Below, piece after piece: positions 1 to 6,874 of a DNA stretch of 12,696 nucleotides. The notes beneath the pieces were generated by a model that was given only the letters and a program-made list of their open reading frames with translations, was not told the origin of the DNA and ran no database searches. The DNA comes from an uncultured Deinococcales bacterium (GTDB lineage: Bacteria > Deinococcota > Deinococci > Deinococcales > JAAFIG01): the NCBI GenBank assembly GCA_964247135.1, contig CAXTTL010000074.1, positions 6,829 through 19,524 of the forward strand, written 5' to 3'. The translations under genes and the position numbers were made by a program. The first letter of the stretch is position 1; every line of letters begins with the position of its first letter.

Positions 1-91
1 GAGGCGACCATGCCCGTAGGTGCATTTTATGGTCAAGAGGCGACCATGCCCGTAGGTGCATTTTATGGTCAAGAGGCGACCATGCCCGTAG
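1..91. repeat. 36-bp perfect tandem repeat (GAGGCGACCATGCCCGTAGGTGCATTTTATGGTCAA), 2.5 copies visible, may continue beyond the left edge
   Basis: Identical units at 1-36 and 37-72, partial unit at 73-91. Each unit contains the inverted pair GACCAT/ATGGTC. Confidence 0.95.
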
Positions 92-107
92 CGATACCGC
101 CCGTCAC

Positions 108-223
108 GTGAATGTTTGGGATCAAACGGTCACGCCCGAAGCGCCGCAAGCCCGAAGGTGCTGTCTTTGGCGGCAAGAAAGTGCGTTTTGGGACCAAGAA
201 GACAGGTGCGTTTTATGGTCAGG
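108..223. repeat. Degenerate copies of the ~21-bp core of the tandem repeat (AGGTGCATTTTATGGTCAAGA-like)
   Basis: GTGAATGTTTGGGATCAAA (108-126), AGGTGCTGTCTTTGGCGGCAAGA (156-178), AAGTGCGTTTTGGGACCAAGA (179-199) and AGGTGCGTTTTATGGTCAGG (204-223) resemble the core at 18-38 and 54-74. Confidence 0.7.
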
Positions 224-315
224 CTCTGTCAGCGAATTCAAAACATTCGTTTTTTCGGACAACAAATACCTATTAAACCCAATTCGGAATGTAAAACCCA
301 TCTTTAAAGGGCATT

Positions 316-339
316 GTAGGGGCGCTGCTTGCTGCGCCC
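316..339 (+). repeat. GTAG-family REP-like palindrome
   Basis: GTAG followed by GGGCGCTGC-TT-GCTGCGCCC, a GC-rich hairpin with one T/T mismatch. This is the architecture of RAYT-associated REPs. Confidence 0.7.
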
Positions 340-418
340 TTCCCGCGAAATTGGAACGTTATTCGATTCAGTTCATGAATACCGATTTCGCCAACAAAGT
401 CTGGTCAAGAGAACTAAG

Positions 419-1306
419 ATGAACCTCGAGATTCATGATTATTTGGCGTTTACGGATTCCGCAAAAGGTGGGAATTCGGCGGCGGTGGTGTTTGGTTTGG
501 ACATGGACTCGAGCCAAAAAATGCAGGAACTCGCCTCGAGTTTGAACGCGCCAGCCACGGTGTTTGTGGGGGTCAGTGAAAAATTATTTGAAGAAGAATC
601 GGTGTTGCCGTTGCGTTTAAGGTTTTTCACGCCTGAACTCGAGGAGAACATTTGCGGTCATGGAACCATCGCTGCGATTCACGCGATTGCAGCTCGAGGT
701 GAAATCAATGGCTGGAAAATTCCATCAGGTGAATTTCAAATTGAACTGCATGATGGGACCGTGAATGCCAAACTCGAGAAGGGCATTGCTTGGCTCGAGT
801 ACGGTGATGCTCGAGCTTGGGAAGTTGAAATTGATCGTGACGATGTCGCGCTGGCTTTGGGACTCGAGCCTGACGAATTGCACGAGGACATGCCGATTTT
901 GGCAGCCACGGCGGGACGGACAAAACTGATCTGTGGTGTGCCGAGCACCAGTTATCTTGACGCCATCGAACCCGATTATGACCGCATCAAAGCCTTAAAC
1001 CTCGAGACGCAAACAACTGGACTGGTGGCGTTTACCTTTCCAGGTCGCGGCGGGTGTTTTACCGACAGTCGCCATTTTGCGCCGCTTGCAGGAATTCCCG
1101 AAGACATCGCCACGGGCAACGCCCACGCTGCACTTGCGGCATACCTCGCAACGGAGAAATTCTTTGATGATGGTTTAAGAATTTTTTCCGGCGCTCAAGG
1201 ATATGCACTCGGCAGACCGTCCAAACTCGAGGTGAAATGCACTGTGAACAGGGGAGAAGTCTCGAGCGTTTGGGTTGGCGGACGTGCTGTCAGGATCGAA
1301 CCATGA
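419..1306 (+). CDS. PhzF family (DAP epimerase-fold) isomerase, paralogue 1, 295 aa
   Basis: Motifs AFTDSAKGGNSAAVV, RLRFFTPELEENICGHGTIAA, RHFAPLAGIPEDIATGNA, QGYALGRPS and VWVGG. ATG 419 was chosen because family similarity starts there. Confidence 0.9.
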   Translation: MNLEIHDYLAFTDSAKGGNSAAVVFGLDMDSSQKMQELASSLNAPATVFVGVSEKLFEEESVLPLRLRFFTPELEENICGHGTIAAIHAIAARGEINGWKIPSGEFQIELHDGTVNAKLEKGIAWLEYGDARAWEVEIDRDDVALALGLEPDELHEDMPILAATAGRTKLICGVPSTSYLDAIEPDYDRIKALNLETQTTGLVAFTFPGRGGCFTDSRHFAPLAGIPEDIATGNAHAALAAYLATEKFFDDGLRIFSGAQGYALGRPSKLEVKCTVNRGEVSSVWVGGRAVRIEP

Positions 1307-2178
1307 ATATTTTTAAGTACACGGTTTTTGCTGCAAACTCGAGTGAAGGCGCTGGAAAACGCGTTGCCGTCATCGAGTCTGGCAAGCTCGAGGATCACGA
1401 ATTTCAAAAAAGAGCAATTGAATCTGGCGAACCGCTCACGGTTTTTATTGTTTCCTCGAGCAATTCAGAAATTGATCTGCGGGTGTTCACGCCCAAAAAA
1501 GACAAAGGCGAAAGCGACTCTGGTGCGCTGGCGGCGCTCGAGCATTTGAATGCAAAACTCGAGTCCGAAGTCAAAGTCATGATGTCCGAAACCATGACAG
1601 CCAGGCGAATTAACGACATGTGGTACTTGCTGCAAGGCGACGCTCGAGGTTATGAAGTGTCAGTTCCAGACATCGAAACCTACGCGCCGAAAGCCTTGGA
1701 GATTGCGCCAAACGATGCCTCGCTCGAGTACCCAATTGCGGCTGCCACCATCGCACGCCCGAATCTGATCGTGCCAGTGAATAGCTCGGAAATTTTGGAT
1801 TCAATCAATCCCGACTTGGATGCGATTTCAAGGATCAACGAACAAACCAACACTCGAGGTTTGATCGCGGTGTTTATCAATTTGGAATTATTTAAAGACC
1901 CCACTTCACAGCCGCAACGTTCGAGAACCGTGCTGGATTTTCGGTACTTTGCGCCGCTCAAAGGCATTCCCGAAGACAATGCCTCGAGCAACACCTTCGC
2001 CACGCTGGTTGGTTATATGGCGTTTGTTGGGTTGCTGCCCGAAGGTCGCAACCAAGTTCGCGCCTCGCAAGGCTACGCGATTGCACAGCCTTCAGAACTT
2101 TTTGCCATCTGTGAAAGTCAATTTGCTCGAGCCGACGCGGTTTGGGTCGGTGGGCGCGTCCGAAAGGTGAAACCATGA
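1303..2178 (+). CDS. PhzF family paralogue 2 with degenerate active-site motifs, 291 aa
   Basis: ATGA overlap with the previous gene. LRVFTP, RYFAPLKGIPEDNASSN, QGYAIAQPS and VWVGGR align with paralogue 1, but CGH is replaced by SDS. Confidence 0.85.
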   Translation: MNIFKYTVFAANSSEGAGKRVAVIESGKLEDHEFQKRAIESGEPLTVFIVSSSNSEIDLRVFTPKKDKGESDSGALAALEHLNAKLESEVKVMMSETMTARRINDMWYLLQGDARGYEVSVPDIETYAPKALEIAPNDASLEYPIAAATIARPNLIVPVNSSEILDSINPDLDAISRINEQTNTRGLIAVFINLELFKDPTSQPQRSRTVLDFRYFAPLKGIPEDNASSNTFATLVGYMAFVGLLPEGRNQVRASQGYAIAQPSELFAICESQFARADAVWVGGRVRKVKP

Positions 2179-2651
2179 TCGTTCGTCACTGGCAAGAATC
2201 CGATATTCCCGCCGCGCTGCGTTTGATGCGTGAACTGGCGGTGTTTGAAGCATATTTGGACAGTTTCGCCGCCACCGAGAGTATTTTGCTCGAGCAAGGT
2301 TTTAAGCTTCAACCACCCAATTTTTACGTGCTGGTTGCCGAACTCGACTCGAGCATTGAAGGTGTGCTGGTCTATTATTTCTTGCCCTACACCGCCAGCG
2401 CCAAACCGATGTTGTTCATCAAAGAACTTTTTGTAGAAGACGGCGCTCGAGGTCATGGTTTGGGGCACGCCTTAATGCGCAAAGCTTCGAGCATTGCGTT
2501 GGAAAAAGGTTGCGTCGGCATGAAATGGACGGTGGCGAACTGGAACGAACCCGCCAAAAAATTCTATGCTGGACTCGGCGCAACTGCAAACCCAGTCTGG
2601 ATTGAGCATACGTTGACTGGCGAGGCACTCGAGAAATTGGGGAAGGCATGA
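2175..2651 (+). CDS. GNAT N-acetyltransferase, SSAT/diamine (thialysine) acetyltransferase-like, 158 aa
   Basis: ATGA overlap. Motifs LMRELAVFE, LFIKELFV, the acetyl-CoA loop RGHGLG and WTVANWNEPAKKFY. Confidence 0.9.
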   Translation: MIVRHWQESDIPAALRLMRELAVFEAYLDSFAATESILLEQGFKLQPPNFYVLVAELDSSIEGVLVYYFLPYTASAKPMLFIKELFVEDGARGHGLGHALMRKASSIALEKGCVGMKWTVANWNEPAKKFYAGLGATANPVWIEHTLTGEALEKLGKA

Positions 2652-3004
2652 ACAACAGTTTTAAAAGCACATTTGACCAATTTGTCCAAGCGCTGAATGC
2701 TCGAGATGCCGACACGCTCGAGACGATCATTGCCGATGGATTCCGCTTTACGGGCACTGCCGCGCAATTTCAGGACAAAGCCGAGCGCATCCGCACGGTT
2801 CAGACGAGTCCCGCGTTTCCAACACTCAAATACCGCAATATCGAATTTGAAACTTTTGCCGAGACTTGTCTCGCGTATGCTGAATTCCAGTACGAAAACA
2901 TTGAAGGCGATGTGCTCGAGTTTGGACGCGCCACTTTTGTTTTTGTGAAACGAATGGAAGCTTGGAAACTTGTGGCGCAGCACAACTCGCACGTCAAGAG
3001 GTGA
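2648..3004 (+). CDS. NTF2-like / DUF4440 (SnoaL-like) protein, 118 aa
   Basis: ATGA overlap. The pattern FVQALNARDADTLETIIADGFRF ... RATFVFVKRMEAWKLVAQHNS is typical of DUF4440. Confidence 0.85.
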   Translation: MNNSFKSTFDQFVQALNARDADTLETIIADGFRFTGTAAQFQDKAERIRTVQTSPAFPTLKYRNIEFETFAETCLAYAEFQYENIEGDVLEFGRATFVFVKRMEAWKLVAQHNSHVKR

Positions 3005-3007
3005 ATT

Positions 3008-4249
3008 ATGAACCCGCAAACGATGGCTGAAAAAATTCTTTCAAAACGCGGCACCAAAACCGTGTTTGCGGGCGATCTTGCCGTGGTCGAAGTGGACAAC
3101 GTGATGATCGTGGACAGCATCGCGGAGAGCGTGATCGAAATTCTCGAGACTGAACTCGAAGCGCTGCCCAAATACCCCGAACGCGTCAGCATCGTGATCG
3201 ATCATGTTGCGCCCGCCTCGAGCGTCAACGTCGCAAAATCGCATCAGGCGGCTCGAGCGTTTGCCGCCAAAACGGGCGTGAAACTCTTTGATGTTGGACG
3301 CGGAATCTGCCATCAGGTCTTGATCGAAGAACGCCTCGCCTTTCCTGGCGCGATTGTGCTCGGTTCGGATTCGCACAGCACCACTTACGGCGCGGTTGGC
3401 GCGTTCGGTACAGGCATGGGCGCGTCAGACATTGCCATTGCCGCCGCCAGTGGTAAAACCTGGCTGCGCGTTCCCGAAAGTGTCAAGGTCAATCTCGAGG
3501 GTGAATTGATTGGTGATGTCAGCGCCAAAGACGTCGCGCTCGAGATGATTCGGGTTTTAACCGCTGACGGTGCGACCTACCAAAGCATCGAAATTCATGC
3601 CGGAGATCGCTTCTCGAGGGGCGAACGCATGACGCTGGCGAATCTGTGCGTTGAAGCAGGCGCGAAAGCGGGCATGGTCGTTCCTGGTGGTGAAATTTTA
3701 ACGATGTACGAAGTGCCAGATTGGGTTTATCCCGACGAGGGCGCGAAATACATCAGAGAAATCACCATCGACCTCTCGAGCCTGACGCCGCGCATGAGCG
3801 TCCCAAGTTATGTGGACAACGTCGAAACCGTCGCCAGTTTGCGCGGAAAGCACGTCGATCAAGTTTTTATTGGCACTTGCACAAACGGGCGACTCGAGGA
3901 TTTGCACGTTGCCGCCGCGATTTTAAAAGGTCGCAAGGTTGCCGCGAACACGCGCCTTCTGGTAATTCCCGCCAGTTCCGAAGTGCTCGAGCAAGCGATG
4001 GCGGATGGTTCGCTGTTAACGATCATTCAAGCGGGTGCAACGCTTTCCACCCCTGGTTGTGGTCCTTGCATGGGCAGGCATCAGGGTGTGCTCGCGCCAG
4101 GGGAAGTTTGCGTTTCGACCAGTAACCGCAACTTTATTGGACGCATGGGCGATGCCAAAGCCGAGATTTACTTGGCAAGTCCTGCTGTGGCGGCAGCGAC
4201 CGCAATCATGGGTAGTATTGCGCTGCCAGAGGATTTGGTTTATGTCTAA
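3008..4249 (+). CDS. lysT: Homoaconitase large subunit (LeuC/HacA family)
   Basis: Motifs IDHVAP, GICHQV, GSDSHSTTYGA, the Fe-S ligands in GTCTNGR and GCGPCMG, and STSNRNF. Clustering with lysW/lysX favours homoaconitase over LeuC. Confidence 0.92.
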   Translation: MNPQTMAEKILSKRGTKTVFAGDLAVVEVDNVMIVDSIAESVIEILETELEALPKYPERVSIVIDHVAPASSVNVAKSHQAARAFAAKTGVKLFDVGRGICHQVLIEERLAFPGAIVLGSDSHSTTYGAVGAFGTGMGASDIAIAAASGKTWLRVPESVKVNLEGELIGDVSAKDVALEMIRVLTADGATYQSIEIHAGDRFSRGERMTLANLCVEAGAKAGMVVPGGEILTMYEVPDWVYPDEGAKYIREITIDLSSLTPRMSVPSYVDNVETVASLRGKHVDQVFIGTCTNGRLEDLHVAAAILKGRKVAANTRLLVIPASSEVLEQAMADGSLLTIIQAGATLSTPGCGPCMGRHQGVLAPGEVCVSTSNRNFIGRMGDAKAEIYLASPAVAAATAIMGSIALPEDLVYV

Positions 4250-4853
4250 ACTCGAGAAACGTGAACAAAAGAATCTCGAGACTGCGCTTTTTAGGGCAAA
4301 AGAACGGGTGATAGAACTCGAGGAGTCTGTGCAACAGCAGAAATTTGTTGTCGATTCGACTTATGTGAGTGGTTGTTTGGATGCCATTTCCGATCTTTTT
4401 CCCTATGATGAGGGTACATTGCACGCAGATTTTGTATTCGGAAAAATTCCAAAACATAAGCGAATTAAAGACTTTTCAGATAAAAGTCAGTTTGAACATT
4501 TACTGATCAGTGAATCGAGAGATGCAATTGAACCGGTCGTGTGTACTTGGTTTGAAGAAAAGATCAAGATTCTAATACCCCGATTTTTAAACTTTAAAAA
4601 TGGTGCTCTGCAAACAAAACTAAACACCCAACAATCAGAATGTTTTCTCGAAACCCTCAAACAACAGGCACATCGCGTTTCCAATGGTATCGCTTTAAGT
4701 CTGATCAATTTGGCAAAAAATGTGACCGAAGCGGGAAAAGAATGGTCAATATATTTAGAAAAAAGGGAAATGGGTTCGCTAATTTTTGACTTTAAACATT
4801 TGGATGCTCATCTCCAATGTGCGTTTCAGATAGTTGATGAAATCTATGATTAA
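4242..4853 (+). CDS. Hypothetical AT-rich protein, 203 aa, inserted between lysT and lysU
   Basis: ATG 4242 overlaps the lysT stop by 8 bp and has AGAGGA upstream. Long open frame in AT-rich DNA. No family recognised. Confidence 0.7.
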   Translation: MSKLEKREQKNLETALFRAKERVIELEESVQQQKFVVDSTYVSGCLDAISDLFPYDEGTLHADFVFGKIPKHKRIKDFSDKSQFEHLLISESRDAIEPVVCTWFEEKIKILIPRFLNFKNGALQTKLNTQQSECFLETLKQQAHRVSNGIALSLINLAKNVTEAGKEWSIYLEKREMGSLIFDFKHLDAHLQCAFQIVDEIYD

Positions 4854-4941
4854 TGTTGACTCCCATTCAAAACCCCCTGAATTGCTATTTGAAGTTGAAG
4901 CGATTGCGGTACGCCCCGATGAAGACCTGATTTTGAGTTGA
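4846..4941 (+). pseudogene. 31-codon ORF resembling the C-terminus of a RidA/YjgF/YER057c/UK114 protein (probable gene remnant)
   Basis: Hand translation gives MINVDSHSKPPELLFEVEAIAVRPDEDLILS*. PELLFEVEAIAV matches the Rid-family C-terminal strand motif. Absent from the supplied ORF track, probably because of its length. Confidence 0.6.
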
Positions 4942-4957
4942 ACGGAAGGATTTTAAC

Positions 4958-5455
4958 ATGGCTCGAGTTTGGAAATTTGGGGACAGCATCAACACCGACG
5001 ACATTCTGCCTGGAAAGTACGCGCCGTTCATGGTCGGCGCAGATGTTTTTCACAAGTACGCTTTCGCGCATTTTCGCCCCGAATTTGCGAGCGAGGTCAA
5101 ACCTGGCGATCTGCTGGTCGGTGGGCGCAACTGGGGTTTAGGCTCGAGCCGAGAGTACGCGCCCAAAGCCCTCAAGAAACTCGGGGTTGGTGGGATCATC
5201 GCGCAGTCTTACGCCCGAATTCATTACCGCAACCTTCTCAACCTTGGCATTCCCGCTTTTGAAAGCCTCAAGATTCCAGAAAAGCTTGTCGATGGTGAAG
5301 AGGTTGAATTTGACCTCGAGACTGGTAGAATTACCCGTTTGGATGGCACGGTTTTACAGCTTCCGCCACCGCCAGAATTTTTGCGCGAAGCCTTAAAGGA
5401 AGGCAGTATTCTCGAGTATTACAAGAAGTACCAGAAGTTTCCAGGAGAGTCATGA
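4958..5455 (+). CDS. lysU: Homoaconitase small subunit (LeuD/HacB family)
   Basis: Motifs WKFGDSINTDDILPGKY, GRNWGLGSSREYA and SYARIHYRNLLNLG. SD GGAAGGA upstream. Confidence 0.92.
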   Translation: MARVWKFGDSINTDDILPGKYAPFMVGADVFHKYAFAHFRPEFASEVKPGDLLVGGRNWGLGSSREYAPKALKKLGVGGIIAQSYARIHYRNLLNLGIPAFESLKIPEKLVDGEEVEFDLETGRITRLDGTVLQLPPPPEFLREALKEGSILEYYKKYQKFPGES

Positions 5456-5754
5456 ACGAAGAAGAACAAAGTTTATTTGTCAATTGTCCCGTCTGTGCCG
5501 AAGAACTCGAGATTCCGTCTGAAGCTTGGGACGAGTTTGAAGAGGGCGATATTCTGGTCTGCGAATCGTGCGGCGCAGAATTGCAAATCGCCAGCCTCGA
5601 CCCGCCCGAATTCGAGCTTCTGGGTTTATTGACCGAATGCCCCAGTTGCGGTGCGGAAATCGAACTGACCGACGAGCAACTCGAGGAAAACACCAAAGTC
5701 ACCTGTCCAGATTGCAACACCACGTTCAACGTGGAATTTGAGGAAGCTGAATAA
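5452..5754 (+). CDS. lysV: Acidic double zinc-ribbon protein, LysW paralogue (LysV-like), 100 aa
   Basis: Four CxxC pairs (CPVC, CESC, CPSC, CPDC) and a LysW-like CGAELQIASLDPP, with no EDWGE tail. It sits between lysU and lysW, as lysV does in Thermus. Confidence 0.7.
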   Translation: MNEEEQSLFVNCPVCAEELEIPSEAWDEFEEGDILVCESCGAELQIASLDPPEFELLGLLTECPSCGAEIELTDEQLEENTKVTCPDCNTTFNVEFEEAE

Positions 5755-5784
5755 ATTGCATTCGTCGGGAAAAACCCCGTTGGA

Positions 5785-5809
5785 GTAGGGGTGAACCTTG
5801 TGTTCACCC
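5785..5809 (+). repeat. GTAG-family REP-like palindrome
   Basis: GTAG followed by GGGTGAAC-CTTGT-GTTCACCC, a perfect 8-bp stem, in the lysV-lysW gap. Confidence 0.75.
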
Positions 5810-5847
5810 AAAGCACGAAATACGTTTTATGGTGTGGAGGAAAGAAC

Positions 5848-6021
5848 ATGGCAAAAATTAAGTTTGAAAACCCAGAATCAGGCGCAATCATCGAACTCGA
5901 GAATCCAGAACTTGGCGAGATTGTAATTGACGACGAGACCGGCGCAGAGTTTGAAGTCGTCAGCCTCGAGCCGCCCAAGCTCGAAGCCGCCCCGCAAGAG
6001 GCAGAGGATTGGGGCGAATAA
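5848..6021 (+). CDS. lysW: Amino-group carrier protein LysW, 57 aa, cysteine-free
   Basis: C-terminal EDWGE, very acidic, GGAGG SD at 5836-5840, immediately upstream of lysX. Confidence 0.95.
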   Translation: MAKIKFENPESGAIIELENPELGEIVIDDETGAEFEVVSLEPPKLEAAPQEAEDWGE

Positions 6022-6027
6022 GCGTTC

Positions 6028-6873
6028 ATGGCTGAACTTGCCCTGGTGTATGACCGTGTCCGCGAGGACGAGAAAATGTTGTTCGCTGCCCTCGATGGTC
6101 TTGGCGTGGCGTATGACAAAGTGTACGCGCCTCAACTCAGTTTTGATTTTCACAGCACCAAACCGCCCGAGTGGAAAGTGGTGATTGAGCGTTGCGTCTC
6201 GCAATCTCGAGGTTACGCGATCAGTGCGTCACTTGAGGCTTGGGGTGTGGAGGTTGTGAATCCGTCTTTGGTGATTGCCAATTGCGGCGATAAGCTTGTG
6301 ACCAATGCGCTTCTTGCCAAGAACGGTATTGCCACGCCGCGCACGCAGGTTTGTTTTGATGGCGAGACCGCTTTAAAAGTCATCGAGGAGATGGGCTATC
6401 CGGTCATCATGAAGCCCCCCGTGGGTTCGTGGGGACGTTTGCTGTCACTGATTCGTGATCGTGACGCCGCCGAAACTGTGCTCGAGCATAAAGAAGTGCT
6501 TGGCGGTTATCAGCATCAGATTTTTTACATTCAAGAGGTGGTGAACAAACCAGACCGCGACATTCGGGCGTTTGTCGCCGACGGAAGGTGTATCGCCGCG
6601 ATTTACCGCAACTCGAGCCATTGGATCACCAACACTGCCCGTGGTGGCAAAGCCGAAAATTGTCCGGTCACGCCAGAAATCGCCAGCCTTGCCGAACGCA
6701 GCGCGAAAGCCGTTAGCGGCGCGGTCGTGGCGGTCGATTTGATGGAAGACCCAACTCGAGGTTTGATGGTGATTGAAGTCAATCACACGATGGAGTTTAA
6801 GAATTCCGTCAGCACAACCGGCGTGGACATTCCCAAGAAAATTGCGGAATACGCTATTTCAAGAATGAAGTAA
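6028..6873 (+). CDS. lysX: Alpha-aminoadipate--LysW ligase (RimK-type ATP-grasp)
   Basis: Motifs [42 protein letters not shown] and [11 protein letters not shown]. Confidence 0.95.
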   Translation: MAELALVYDRVREDEKMLFAALDGLGVAYDKVYAPQLSFDFHSTKPPEWKVVIERCVSQSRGYAISASLEAWGVEVVNPSLVIANCGDKLVTNALLAKNGIATPRTQVCFDGETALKVIEEMGYPVIMKPPVGSWGRLLSLIRDRDAAETVLEHKEVLGGYQHQIFYIQEVVNKPDRDIRAFVADGRCIAAIYRNSSHWITNTARGGKAENCPVTPEIASLAERSAKAVSGAVVAVDLMEDPTRGLMVIEVNHTMEFKNSVSTTGVDIPKKIAEYAISRMK

Positions 6874-6874
6874 C

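Noticed and set aside
1-223. CRISPR array (36-bp repeat length)
   Set aside because: The units are directly adjacent with no unique spacers, later copies are degenerate and irregularly spaced, and no cas genes are visible.
329-2174. Longer starts from the ORF track (329, 1237, 2142; likewise 4035, 5791, 7089)
   Set aside because: They overlap upstream genes or REPs and add sequence with no family similarity. The downstream ATGs have stop/start overlaps or clear SD sites.
419-3004. Phenazine biosynthesis cluster (PhzF plus an NTF2-fold PhzA/B-like gene)
   Set aside because: No phzD, phzE or phzG is present, the PhzF catalytic Glu appears absent, and the NTF2 protein looks like DUF4440.
3008-5455. 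leuC/leuD assignment
   Set aside because: The short HacA-type large subunit and adjacency to lysW/lysX favour homoaconitase, although sequence alone cannot exclude broader specificity.
5789-5809. Intrinsic terminator between lysV and lysW
   Set aside because: No U-tract follows the stem on either strand, and the 5' GTAG fits a REP better.
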